Below, one piece after another: positions 28,068 to 37,882 of a stretch of 64,000 bases of DNA (its first letter is position 1; each line of letters opens with the position of its first letter). The position numbers and the translations under genes were made by a program. Below the pieces are notes generated by a model. It worked only from the letters and a program-made list of their open reading frames with translations. It was not told the DNA's origin and made no database searches. Source of the stretch: Candidatus Saccharimonadota bacterium (GTDB taxonomy: Bacteria; Patescibacteriota; Saccharimonadia; Saccharimonadales; DTSZ01); NCBI GenBank assembly GCA_012965045.1, contig DTSZ01000001.1, forward strand, positions 503,763-567,762, written 5' to 3'.

Positions 28068-28493
28068 TTAATCCTCTAAAGTAAGTAGCGGTAGCCCAAT
28101 TTCTGGATCAATCTGACGCTGCAACGATTTATCAAATGTTTGAATGTAGACTTCGCAGGTTCCACCGACAATCAATTCATTAATATGACCGCCGCGTGGT
28201 TTATTGTTGCTGTCGGTAACGACACCGTGTAAATGCAGCGCTACTTTATCACCAATTCGCGACACGTTACCTTGCAAACTAACCAGCTCGCGTACGTCCT
28301 TAACAGATCTAAAAATATACTTTTTCCTGCTCAAGTTGTAATAACCAACTCGTGCTTTGGTGGCTCCGCCGATGCCACTAATCCAACCCGCTTCTACACT
28401 ATTCTGTTCACAAAATTCAGTTAGTTTTTGCACTAACTCCTCACCTAATTCGAGTCTAATCATCCAGCCAGTCGGTGTTTGCGTCGATTTCAT
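28068..28493 (-). CDS. PPC (DUF296) domain protein
   Basis: 141 aa. ISGIGGATKARVGYYN...LVSLQGNVS...LHLHGVVTD...GGHINELIVGGTCEVYI fits the DUF296 pattern. Confidence 0.7.
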   Translation of the reverse strand: MKSTQTPTGWMIRLELGEELVQKLTEFCEQNSVEAGWISGIGGATKARVGYYNLSRKKYIFRSVKDVRELVSLQGNVSRIGDKVALHLHGVVTDSNNKPRGGHINELIVGGTCEVYIQTFDKSLQRQIDPEIGLPLLTLED

Positions 28494-28681
28494 ATATTAA
28501 GAAGAGTATAACAGGATTCATCCACAATCATTACTCTGCTACAACACATTCCTGCTCTTTACACAATAATTTCGACATGCTCAAAAAAATAAAAAAAACC
28601 ACTCCCCTGCCCCAGCTTGTAAAAAATTATTTTAAAATAGTTATTAAATAGTTATTAAATTATTTTAAATTAATTTTAAAC

Positions 28682-28710
28682 TTGTTTTAAAATAATTTTT
28701 TTAGTACAAT
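28682..28710 (+). promoter_or_regulatory. Sigma70-like promoter for the AbrB-like ORF, preceded by phased A/T tracts (28621-28704)
   Basis: TTGTTT (28682-28687), a 17-nt spacer, then TACAAT (28705-28710). Upstream lie repeated ATTATTTTAAA / TAGTTATTAAA units. Confidence 0.45.
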
Positions 28711-28847
28711 AGAGCAGTAGTGATGCAGGCGTGAGACTCAGGGATTACTCCCCTACTTCACACAAACAAAAACCCCGTTTGGGCGCAAAAATATGTAACC
28801 GTTTTAATCCCTATTAAGAAATTAATTGTTTAGGAGCACTTCCCTCT

Positions 28848-29015
28848 ATGGGTCGATCAACACTCGAAAACCGTAATCAACGCACGTTAACTAAAACCGC
28901 CAGCGGCAGCTATGTCCTCACCCTGCCAATCGAACTCGTCCGCGAACTTAACTGGAAAGACGGACAAAAAGTACAGGTCAGTAAATCTGGTAAAAAATTA
29001 GTGGTGGTTGATTAA
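28848..29015 (+). CDS. SpoVT/AbrB-domain DNA-binding protein (MazE/AbrB-like), 55 aa
   Basis: Below the track size cutoff and found by hand. Sequence MGRSTLENRNQRTLTKTASGSYVLTLPIELVRELNWKDGQKVQVSKSGKKLVVVD, stop TAA at 29013-29015. AGGAG at 28832-28836. Confidence 0.65.
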   Translation: MGRSTLENRNQRTLTKTASGSYVLTLPIELVRELNWKDGQKVQVSKSGKKLVVVD

Positions 29016-29033
29016 GCCAATTTCCATAAATAT

Positions 29034-29699
29034 CTAAAAAACTGCTGTCTTAGCACTGCACTTGGAAAAGTATGGTCTGCCTATTTCTTTGCATTCTAGA
29101 AAAAAGGTAGTGTCTTCATACACCCCTCCAGTTACAGATTCCAAATTACCATCATTGCAGCCATAGTAATTTCCAAGGTCACCATATGCTCTACCGACAG
29201 CACCACTTCTAAGTCTGCAAATTATATTTTTATCGTTATCTAAAACAACCAACCATGGCAAATCTTTATTATTACTATTATCTGTTTCTTGCTCCTCGCC
29301 GATGGTAATAAAACGCCTTTCAATGTTTTCGCTAGCAACTTTAATCACAACATCTTCTTTTGAGTCTTCTATGTTATTCGGGCAATAGAGGGTCTCTACC
29401 TCTGCCCCAATATTTTCTATGATGAAACAAGGATCATATAAAAAATTTTCATCAGTAGCACATCGGTACGCATCGGATCGCCCAGAGAGCAACGAACCCC
29501 AGCAAAGCTCTCCGTTCGAAAAATCACTCACAAATGAATCGGCGGCAGGTGGAGAGTAATTAACAATCTCAGTTTGAACAGGCTCTGAAAACCTAGTTTG
29601 TATTTTATTTAGTTCGTTTACTGCAGCAGGCAGTGAAACTAGAAATGCAAGTATAGCAACCGAGAAGTTGAGTATGTTAATTCTTTTTTGCGTCAACAT
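29034..29699 (-). CDS. Secreted/anchored Cys-rich hypothetical protein
   Basis: 221 aa. N-terminal TM ILNFSVAILAFLVSLPAAV and 11 Cys in the ectodomain. The stop of the RpfB-like gene lies 2 nt upstream of its start. Confidence 0.55.
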   Translation of the reverse strand: MLTQKRINILNFSVAILAFLVSLPAAVNELNKIQTRFSEPVQTEIVNYSPPAADSFVSDFSNGELCWGSLLSGRSDAYRCATDENFLYDPCFIIENIGAEVETLYCPNNIEDSKEDVVIKVASENIERRFITIGEEQETDNSNNKDLPWLVVLDNDKNIICRLRSGAVGRAYGDLGNYYGCNDGNLESVTGGVYEDTTFFLECKEIGRPYFSKCSAKTAVF

Positions 29700-29701
29700 T
29701 A

Positions 29702-30868
29702 TTACCTACACTCCCAAAGGCCAGCAGAACCATCTCGCCACATTCCCATTGTGACGTTCGCATTCGCAACAGGGTCAAACACTGAAGCACCTTCATAACC
29801 GTACTTTGCTGCACGTGCTGGCCAATAACCTTCAACATGTTGATACAAACCGGATGGATGTGTCCCTGTTGAAGGTTCCGTATAGTTATAGTTGACTGCG
29901 TAAGGATTGAATGTACTTTCACAGCGTGCAATACGAATTGCACGCTCTAAATCTATGTCGTATTTAGATGCAGCATCTTTTATGATGCGTAATATATCTT
30001 GATCCGCTCCTTGCGGGATCTTGCCACCGCGAACGATTACTTTATGCTGAACCTCTTTAACAATCGAATCCGAAACCAGCTTTCGCGATACTTCTTGGCC
30101 GTTATGCAGACTCACCTCGTAAGTTACGAGTCGAGTTCCGTTTTCGCCGGCTGATTTTTCTTCGTACAGCCCAAATGGTTTGTTGTAGTCTGTAATGGTT
30201 TTTACTTCAAACGGAATAGATTCTTCAATACTTACAACCTGGCTGCCAACCCGAACGATTTCTATGTTCATACTCTCTTTTACATGAGTACCAAGACTTG
30301 GACGAGTAAAATCTTGATCGCGCAGCGTTATACCGTATTCATCTAAAACTTGCTGGACTGTTTTAGTATGTGTACGCGCGTCAACAGTTTGGCCGTCGAC
30401 AACAATCTTAACCTGAGTTGCTTTGTCGATAGTAACCTGATTACCAGCAAAGTCATGCAGCAGAAAGTCGTCAATTACCGACGCCGTTACAATGTCTTTA
30501 CTGTGCAGGTCAAACCCAGCATGCTCCGCCACCAAGCGAGGGTTATGATATGCACTGTGCACCACTGTAGTTTCGCTCCCGTCAGACACTAAAACAGGTT
30601 TGGCTCGATAAACATTTATGTTGAATGTGGACAGGTTAATTGCGGACTCTTTAGCTGGCTCTACAAGGTCCCCTTCTTGAAGAGTAATTTCCATTTTTTC
30701 AAGCGCTTCACCAACAGTTGCTGCACTCGATACGATTGTTTCGTATTCGCCGTCGGCATAGACAGTGATAAGGCTTTTGTCGGATGCAACGAGTTGCTGG
30801 CTATTTGGGTATACAAATAAACTAATGGCAAGTGCAAACAAGCAAATCCACAGTGCAGGCGACCGCAA
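29702..30868 (-). CDS. RpfB-like peptidoglycan hydrolase (DUF348 repeats, G5 domain, C-terminal transglycosylase-like domain)
   Basis: 388 aa with a TTG start directly after an in-frame stop. G5-like ESIPFEVKTITDYNKPFGLYEEKSAGENGTRLVTYEV. C-terminal IARCESTFNPYAVNY...GLYQHVEGYW...MGMWRDGSAGLWEC. Confidence 0.75.
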   Translation of the reverse strand: MRSPALWICLFALAISLFVYPNSQQLVASDKSLITVYADGEYETIVSSAATVGEALEKMEITLQEGDLVEPAKESAINLSTFNINVYRAKPVLVSDGSETTVVHSAYHNPRLVAEHAGFDLHSKDIVTASVIDDFLLHDFAGNQVTIDKATQVKIVVDGQTVDARTHTKTVQQVLDEYGITLRDQDFTRPSLGTHVKESMNIEIVRVGSQVVSIEESIPFEVKTITDYNKPFGLYEEKSAGENGTRLVTYEVSLHNGQEVSRKLVSDSIVKEVQHKVIVRGGKIPQGADQDILRIIKDAASKYDIDLERAIRIARCESTFNPYAVNYNYTEPSTGTHPSGLYQHVEGYWPARAAKYGYEGASVFDPVANANVTMGMWRDGSAGLWECR

Positions 30869-30978
30869 ACTAGATCGAATCAGGTGTCGAATTATTGTAT
30901 CTACCCTTTTATTATTTAAGCTGTTGATGTGAGTTGGTTTTAACGTAGGATTTTTTTGTTGTACTAATCTTAGCTGGC

Positions 30979-31422
30979 TTAGCGTTTAACCTCAAGGGTT
31001 TTCATCACAACATCTACTAGTTCGTCACGGCGACGCGGAACTCCTTCAAGTTCGAACCAACGGGATTCCCTAATTTCTGTTTTATTGGCCTTATATTTAA
31101 GACTGTCGATAGCGGTGGCATAGACTACATACGACTCTTTATACAATCCGAATTGTTTTTTTTCAGTACTGAACCGCGTTAATTTGTTGTCGCCGATATC
31201 AATACTAAGCTCTTCTTGTATTTCTCGTTTAGCCGCTGTTGCTGGGCGCTCGCCTTTTTTAAGCCCGCCGCCTGGTAGTGTCCAGTTGTCATCGCCTAAC
31301 CGATTTTTTATTAGTAAAATGCGTCTTTCGCAAATAAGCGCAACCCGAACACGGCGTGTTGAAAGCGGCACAATAGATTGGGCCAACCGAACACATTTGT
31401 AGGTAATAGCATAAATACTCAT
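30979..31422 (-). CDS. Nudix hydrolase
   Basis: 147 aa. GGGLKKGERPATAAKREIQEELSI. 4-nt overlap with pcrA. Confidence 0.8.
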   Translation of the reverse strand: MSIYAITYKCVRLAQSIVPLSTRRVRVALICERRILLIKNRLGDDNWTLPGGGLKKGERPATAAKREIQEELSIDIGDNKLTRFSTEKKQFGLYKESYVVYATAIDSLKYKANKTEIRESRWFELEGVPRRRDELVDVVMKTLEVKR

Positions 31423-33584
31423 ATTTTTTGAAGGGGCGCGAAGGCAAGGTTTAATGTCTTTTTACCACCGCGGCTGAAGTTAATTGTAGCAACTTCACCG
31501 TCTAGCTCCACAACTGTTCCACTGCCAAAAACTGGGTGCATAACCGCCTGACCAGGCAAGATATCAATTTTAACTTCTGGTTCGTAGTCGGGTGTTGGTT
31601 GGTTAAATTGCGGCAAAGCTGGCGCATTGGTCTGGGCGTCAATTTCACTTAAAAAGCGTGACGGTGGATTGTGCTGCGATGTGCCATACAGCAACCGTGA
31701 AGAGGCATGAAACAGATGTAATTCTTCCTTAGCCCGAGTCATGCCGACATAGCACAAGCGACGCTCTTCTTCCATTTCTTCAACGTCATATAAAGCTCGG
31801 CTGTGCGGAAAAATGGTTTCTTCCATTCCTGCCATAAAAACCACCGGAAACTCTAAGCCTTTAGCGGCATGCAGAGTCATTAGTGTTACTGCATCGGCAT
31901 TTTCGTCATAGCTATCGATATCGCTCACTAAAGCAACTTCTTCTAAAAATCCGGCTAAGCCGAGGTCTTTATATTCGCGAGCCACAGAAATAAGTTCTTT
32001 CACGTTTTCTATGCGGTCTTGAGCTTGCACACTGCCGTCGTCTAGAAAATCAAGATAGCCCACTCTGTTTACGGTAAGTTCAACTAATTGATCGAGTGGT
32101 GTGTTTTCGGCGTGCAGAGCCTTTAAATTAGACAGTGTTTGCGCAAACCCCTCAAGGGCAGTAACTGCGCGGTTTTGTAAGCCTGGAGTCTGAGCTACGT
32201 GGTTGAGTGCCTCATGCAGGGTAGTTGGTGAGTCAAATTGCAGCCCTAACGCACCGCTGTCTTGGACACTCGAACTGTCGATCCAATTAAAAAAACGCTG
32301 CAAACTTGTTTTGCCAATGCCGCGGGTCGGGACGTTGACCACTCGCTCAAAACTGGCGCGATCGTTGGGCTGATGAATAAGCCGCAAATAGGCTAAGATG
32401 TCTTTGATTTCTTTTCGTTCATAAAAACGTGTACCGCCAACAATTCGATAGGGAATGTTATACCGCACAAACGATTCTTCTAGCGTTCTGGACTGAGCGT
32501 TGGTGCGGTATAAAACTGCATAATCATTAAGTTTTCGTGCTCCGAGATCATTGTGAGAGCGGATCATACGGATCATCATTTCACCTTCGTGGCGTTCATT
32601 CATTGCTTGGTGAACTTGCACCGGCTCACCCACTGCACCATCTGTCCAAAGCTTCTTTTTGGAACGCTGCTGGTTCTTGTCAATAATCTGATGAGCTGCG
32701 TCTAAGATTGCTTTAGTAGAACGGTAATTTTGCTCTAACTTAATGACTTCAACGTCTCTATAGTCGCGCTCAAAGTTAAGAATGTTACGAAAATCAGCAC
32801 CGCGCCAACTGTAAATACTCTGCCAGTCATCGCCGACAACACAAATATTATTGTGTGCTCGTGATAATAGTTTGGTCAGCTCATATTGGGCGCTGTTGGT
32901 GTCCTGATATTCGTCAACCATAATGTACTTAAATCGATCTTGCAGGGTGCTGAGCGTTTTTGATGATGTTTTAAGTAGTCGCACGGTCTGCATAATAAGA
33001 TCGTCAAAGTCCAGTGCGACAGCGTTTTTTAGAATTTGGGTATACACCGGAAACACCTGCGCTGCTTTTTTTTGAGTGGGTGTAGAAGCGGTTGACTCAT
33101 ATTGGTGGGCGTCGATTAATTCGTTCTTTGCTGAACTGATTAAATTACTGATTGAACGGGCGCTGTATTCTTTTTCAGATATTCCCACCACTTGCATGGC
33201 TTGCTTGATGGCACTTTGCGAATCAGAGGAATCGTAGATAGTGTAACTACGCGGAATGCCGATCTCTTCACCAAACTCACGCAGTAAACGAACACAAATA
33301 CCGTGGAAGGTCCCTAAATACGGCATAAAAGATCGCCCCATGTTTTCACTCATGCCTAAGAGTTCAGCAACTCGTTCGCGCATTTCACCGGCTGCTTTAT
33401 TAGTAAAGGTCACCGACAGTATTTGGTTAGGCTGTATGTGTTTTTCGTTGATTAAATAGGCAATTCGATGAGTAAGGGTTTTGGTCTTACCGCTCCCAGC
33501 GCCAGCTAGTATAAGCACCGGCCCTTCTGTTTTCAGGACAGCTCTTTGTTGGTCTTTGTTTAATTGACTCAAGTAGTCGTGCAT
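31419..33584 (-). CDS. pcrA: ATP-dependent DNA helicase PcrA/UvrD
   Basis: 721 aa. AGAGSGKTKTLTHR (Walker A), VDEYQDTN, QNYRST, TLHAAKGLEFPVVF, YVGMTRAKE. Confidence 0.9.
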   Translation of the reverse strand: MHDYLSQLNKDQQRAVLKTEGPVLILAGAGSGKTKTLTHRIAYLINEKHIQPNQILSVTFTNKAAGEMRERVAELLGMSENMGRSFMPYLGTFHGICVRLLREFGEEIGIPRSYTIYDSSDSQSAIKQAMQVVGISEKEYSARSISNLISSAKNELIDAHQYESTASTPTQKKAAQVFPVYTQILKNAVALDFDDLIMQTVRLLKTSSKTLSTLQDRFKYIMVDEYQDTNSAQYELTKLLSRAHNNICVVGDDWQSIYSWRGADFRNILNFERDYRDVEVIKLEQNYRSTKAILDAAHQIIDKNQQRSKKKLWTDGAVGEPVQVHQAMNERHEGEMMIRMIRSHNDLGARKLNDYAVLYRTNAQSRTLEESFVRYNIPYRIVGGTRFYERKEIKDILAYLRLIHQPNDRASFERVVNVPTRGIGKTSLQRFFNWIDSSSVQDSGALGLQFDSPTTLHEALNHVAQTPGLQNRAVTALEGFAQTLSNLKALHAENTPLDQLVELTVNRVGYLDFLDDGSVQAQDRIENVKELISVAREYKDLGLAGFLEEVALVSDIDSYDENADAVTLMTLHAAKGLEFPVVFMAGMEETIFPHSRALYDVEEMEEERRLCYVGMTRAKEELHLFHASSRLLYGTSQHNPPSRFLSEIDAQTNAPALPQFNQPTPDYEPEVKIDILPGQAVMHPVFGSGTVVELDGEVATINFSRGGKKTLNLAFAPLQKI

Positions 33585-33630
33585 TAGGGACTATTGTAGC
33601 AATTCGTATGCTATTTGGCCGTTGTAGTTA

Positions 33631-34383
33631 CTACAGTTGTGTATAAGCGTAATACGCACCCGCGATTGCACACAGTACCACTACTAGTACAAGGGTTTTG
33701 CCGAGCGGGAAGCTTTTTTGAGCACTAACATTTTTCGGCCCTTTTTTAAGTTTTTTGGGGTCGATTTTGTAATTTTTTTGGGGCACGGGTTTAGCGATTC
33801 TAGCGTTTTCATGCTCTGCAGGTTTGGCTGCTTGATCCTCGCCAGTCTTAGCTAGTTCGGCCACTGTAGGCTGTGAGTACGCAGCTGTCGCTGAGTTAGT
33901 TTCTGGCTGCTCGGCAGGCATAGATTCGTCGGGCTGAGGGTCGGCTGTGATTTCTGGAGTTGACGTAGCATCACTGACTGGATCTTCAGCTGGTTTAGTA
34001 GAAATGGGTTCGATTATATTTTTTCGTACAACTACTGGTTCATCTGTAGCGGCCTTAGTCTCTTCAGTCTCCACAGCCTCCTCAGTATCATCGCTATCAT
34101 CTTGCTCATCGGCCTCATCGACAATTATTTTCGATGACGTTTTTTTAATTTCTACTGGCTCGCTAGCCTCTACTGACGCTTCTGGTTCTGCATTCACCTC
34201 TGTATCTGTTTCAGGTGTTTTTTCGTCAGATGAATCACTGTCATGAGAGTCTAGCTGCTGGGCGGCTTGCTCGGCTAGCTCCTCAACGCTCGATTTTCCT
34301 GGCTCAATGTTCACAACTTTTTCTTGTGTCGACTCTTCGCTGTCATCAACACTTACTGTAATCTTTTTTTCTTCACTAGCCAC
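33631..34383 (-). CDS. Acidic low-complexity protein with C-terminal TM anchor
   Basis: 250 aa. Glu/Asp/Thr/Ala-rich. C-terminal LVLVVVLCAIAGAYYAY. Confidence 0.55.
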   Translation of the reverse strand: MASEEKKITVSVDDSEESTQEKVVNIEPGKSSVEELAEQAAQQLDSHDSDSSDEKTPETDTEVNAEPEASVEASEPVEIKKTSSKIIVDEADEQDDSDDTEEAVETEETKAATDEPVVVRKNIIEPISTKPAEDPVSDATSTPEITADPQPDESMPAEQPETNSATAAYSQPTVAELAKTGEDQAAKPAEHENARIAKPVPQKNYKIDPKKLKKGPKNVSAQKSFPLGKTLVLVVVLCAIAGAYYAYTQL

Positions 34384-34384
34384 C

Positions 34385-35158
34385 CTAGACCTCCTTGGTA
34401 CTTAGAATCATGTCACCAAATTGTTGATAATTTAGACTAGCGCCACCGATGAGCGCTCCATCGACACCAGAAATTTTAAGAATGTCTGCGATATTAGAGG
34501 GATTAACACTTCCGCCATATAAAACTCTTGTGTTGGTAGCAACGTGTCCACCAAATACTTCTCGAATGTTGTCTCTGATCACCCTAATTGCCGACTTAAT
34601 ATCGTCAGGTCGAGGCACAAGACCGGAGCCTATCGCCCACACTGGCTCATAAGCAACGACAAAACCATTGGCAAGATCTTGCGGTGTTAGCATGGTGAGC
34701 GCCACGTTAATTTGGCTATGGAGAACTCTGTTGGTAAAGCCCTCTTGCCTGTCTACGATAGATTCACCAACGCACAAAACTGGCACTAAGTCATGACGAA
34801 CAACCGCAGCAAGCTTTTTAGCTATTAGGTCGTCTTTTTCGCCATAAATATGTCGTCGTTCAGAGTGACCAATAATTACGTAGTCAACAATGCCCTTTAC
34901 CATTAAGCCAGATGTTTCGCCGGTATGGGCTCCTTCGTCAAATTGGCTGATGTTTTGTGCAGCAAGCTTGATGGAGCTAGAGTGAAGCTGTAATTTTAGT
35001 GGTTGCAGACTAATGAAACTTGGTGCAATTACTACCTCGGCTTCGCGCGGAAAGTGCTCTACGTACTTTTCTAATCGAATCAAAAAGTGGCTGGCTTGCT
35101 GCACTGTATTGTGCATTTTCCAGTTAGCTATAATCAATTTTTTAGGTTTGCCCGCCAT
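34385..35158 (-). CDS. tpiA: Triosephosphate isomerase
   Basis: 257 aa. IIANWKMH, IGHSERR, AYEPVWAIGSG. Confidence 0.9.
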   Translation of the reverse strand: MAGKPKKLIIANWKMHNTVQQASHFLIRLEKYVEHFPREAEVVIAPSFISLQPLKLQLHSSSIKLAAQNISQFDEGAHTGETSGLMVKGIVDYVIIGHSERRHIYGEKDDLIAKKLAAVVRHDLVPVLCVGESIVDRQEGFTNRVLHSQINVALTMLTPQDLANGFVVAYEPVWAIGSGLVPRPDDIKSAIRVIRDNIREVFGGHVATNTRVLYGGSVNPSNIADILKISGVDGALIGGASLNYQQFGDMILSTKEV

Positions 35159-35200
35159 ATCTTACCCCTAAGTGTAACTGCTTATGCTTGAATATTCTAG

Positions 35201-36376
35201 TTATTGACGAAGCGCTTCCACTGCTGGCAATTTTTTGCCGCTCAATAGTTCTAAGCTTGCGCCGCCGCCAGTTGAAACATGGCTAAATTTATGAGCAAGT
35301 CCAGCGTTATTTACAAATTCAGCAGTATCACCGCCACCTACAATTACTTCGGCATCAAGATTCGCTAGAAATTGAGCAACTTCAATTGATCCTTTAGCGT
35401 AAGCTGGATTTTCTATATATCCCAATGGCCCGTTCCAAATAACTGTTTTTGCTGTTGCCAGCCGTTGTTTGGTTTTTTCAATGCTGCGATGTCCGAAATC
35501 TAAAATTAAATCGTTATGAGCAACATGATTCACGGCAACTTCTCGACGATGAGTATCATTAACACCTATTCCTACAGCTACGTCCTGATCTGGTAGTACT
35601 AATTGTGTTTTTTGTTTACTGAGCCGTTTTTTAATGGCTGCGAGCGTAGATTCCTCGCCTTCTTCGAACACACTCGCGCCTATTTCTAGCCCACCAAAAC
35701 TACTGTCTTGCAAGAAAGTATTTGCCATTGCCCCGCCGACAACCAACAGATCCGCTTTTGCGATAAATCGTTCGATCATATCTATTTTGTCCGCGATCTT
35801 AGCTCCGCCAATAATTGCAGCAAATGGCGTAGCAGGATCATCAATGACTTGTGTGAGTGTTGTAACTTCTTTTTCTAGTAATAGGCCCCTGTAACTCGGC
35901 AAAAGTTTGGCTATAGCATCAGTGGACGCAACCTTCCTATGGGCCACCCCAAAAGCATCCTGTACAAATACCTCGCCGAGTTTTGCCAGTTGTTTTGCAA
36001 ACTCAACGTCATTGTCGGCTTCACCCGACCAATTACGAAGGTTTTCGTATAGAATAATTCGCTGCGCACTTGGCGAATTGTCAGAAATGTCTGTCCGAAA
36101 CTCGACTTTTTCCGACAAAAGATCTTCTAGTACATCTTTAACTGACCGAAGTGATTCGTTATCTGCAAGCTGGCCTGGAGTTGGTCGGCCTAAGTGAGCA
36201 ATAAGTGCTAAGCTGTTATTGTGTTCTAATAGCTGTTGTATGGTGGGTATAGCAGCTTTGATTCGAAAGTCATCTAATACCTTACCTTCTGACGAAATCG
36301 GAACATTAAAGTCAACTCGCACTAAAACTGTTGAATTTTGTACGTCCTGACAGTTTTGCATTGTGTCTGCGTTCAA
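35201..36376 (-). CDS. pgk: Phosphoglycerate kinase
   Basis: 391 aa. VRVDFNVP, HLGRP, GGAKIADKI, STGGGASLELL. Confidence 0.9.
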   Translation of the reverse strand: MNADTMQNCQDVQNSTVLVRVDFNVPISSEGKVLDDFRIKAAIPTIQQLLEHNNSLALIAHLGRPTPGQLADNESLRSVKDVLEDLLSEKVEFRTDISDNSPSAQRIILYENLRNWSGEADNDVEFAKQLAKLGEVFVQDAFGVAHRKVASTDAIAKLLPSYRGLLLEKEVTTLTQVIDDPATPFAAIIGGAKIADKIDMIERFIAKADLLVVGGAMANTFLQDSSFGGLEIGASVFEEGEESTLAAIKKRLSKQKTQLVLPDQDVAVGIGVNDTHRREVAVNHVAHNDLILDFGHRSIEKTKQRLATAKTVIWNGPLGYIENPAYAKGSIEVAQFLANLDAEVIVGGGDTAEFVNNAGLAHKFSHVSTGGGASLELLSGKKLPAVEALRQ

Positions 36377-37819
36377 TTAATTAACAGTAAACTGTTCAAC
36401 GCGGAGTCCGTCGATTACAGATTCGTTTACAGCAGCTTCCCCGCCGACTACAAACAATTGAACAGCCTTTAGTCGTTTTAGTTCTTTTGAAGTTCGGTCT
36501 GAATACGTGCTGTTGTTAACAAGTAAGATTGGTAAGCCGCCGCTTCCCTGAGATAGCACGCTAGCACTCAACATGTCTGGTGCTGAGTAACCGTTTACGA
36601 TTACGGCTGAGCCTTGGTGTGATAGGTAATTGCGGCGTGATACAGCCACGGCCGTTTCTAGTCGTGATTCACCAGCAAGTTGTGCAATATCTTTATAGCG
36701 GAAGAACTCAATACTAGACATGTCTTCACATTCTTGGGTAGTTGATGAAAATCCAGGTCGTCCTACTGGAGCGGCAATGCCTTCAAGAGCTGGAACGTCA
36801 ACCGCTTCCGGGCCACCAACCACAATCACTTTTGTGTCGTTAGTACCGAGTCGACAAATTTCATTTATTACTACGTCTTGAGCGCTGTCTTTGTCGGTAA
36901 TTAAGACTGGAACATTTGTGCCATTATTGGCAATCATTATGTCAGCGTACGATGATGCTGATGCTAAGTAGATAACATCTTGTGAGCCGTCAGATGGGAA
37001 AAGTTTTCGAGTGATTTTAGTGGCAGTTTCATAGCGGTTTGCCCCGCCCAAACGCGACTGTTTGCTGCTTGAGGTCGCCAAAGCATCGGCGGCATTTGCT
37101 TGGACAGTGACAGAGACAGCAGCAGAGCCACCAACCGTAATCAACTCTGGACTGGTATTTGCTCCAGCAATTCGCTGTAATTCTGTTCGTGTTTCTGTTG
37201 GTAATGTATCGGCCTCAACCAGTAGTATGGTCGTAGAACCGTTAGCAAAGCTCGATGCTAACCCCATATCAATCTCTGAGCCGCCATTTACAATTACAAC
37301 CCGGTCAATAGCCCCTGGGTTTGGAAATGTTTTCTTAGACACGTCGGCTGCGGTTGCATAGCGGTTTGAGCCACTGTATCGATATGGAGGGTATGCGTCA
37401 GATTCACATAAACCTTCTCGTACACAGCTGTCAAACTCGGCTATTTGCTCGGACTCGACGTCATTTACAGATGCTTCATCGGCAATATTTTGCGATACTT
37501 CAATTTCAATTTGTTCTAATCGTTCATCGGTTAAAACTGTGTCAGCATCCTCAACGTATTTTGAGGCTTGAGTCACAAGCTCGCTTGGTGCAACCGCTTC
37601 TTCAATTGTTGCATCGACAGATGCTGGTAGGTTTTCAGATAGGTTTGCATTGCTGTCGTCGGAACCACCCAGCGTAATAATGCTGACGATTCCCGCCACT
37701 ACCACAAGTGCAGCAATACCTATAACGACAAATTTATTATTCTTTTTATTTGTTGGCTCAGGACCAGACGGAACTCCACCAAAGTTCTGTGTTGGCACAT
37801 TTTGATTATTTGGATCCAT
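36377..37819 (-). CDS. Membrane-anchored protein with three putative cell-wall-binding repeat 2 (CWB2-like) modules
   Basis: 480 aa with an N-terminal TM. Three modules each open with GSNRYATAADVSKKTFP / GANRYETATKITRKLFP / GESRLETAVAVSRRNY, followed by ...VNG....D...AS. Confidence 0.65.
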   Translation of the reverse strand: MDPNNQNVPTQNFGGVPSGPEPTNKKNNKFVVIGIAALVVVAGIVSIITLGGSDDSNANLSENLPASVDATIEEAVAPSELVTQASKYVEDADTVLTDERLEQIEIEVSQNIADEASVNDVESEQIAEFDSCVREGLCESDAYPPYRYSGSNRYATAADVSKKTFPNPGAIDRVVIVNGGSEIDMGLASSFANGSTTILLVEADTLPTETRTELQRIAGANTSPELITVGGSAAVSVTVQANAADALATSSSKQSRLGGANRYETATKITRKLFPSDGSQDVIYLASASSYADIMIANNGTNVPVLITDKDSAQDVVINEICRLGTNDTKVIVVGGPEAVDVPALEGIAAPVGRPGFSSTTQECEDMSSIEFFRYKDIAQLAGESRLETAVAVSRRNYLSHQGSAVIVNGYSAPDMLSASVLSQGSGGLPILLVNNSTYSDRTSKELKRLKAVQLFVVGGEAAVNESVIDGLRVEQFTVN

Positions 37820-37882
37820 TATGTTTCCTATTTTTTAGCTTATGCTTAATAGTGTGCCAGTAATTTCTATAATTGCAAACTC

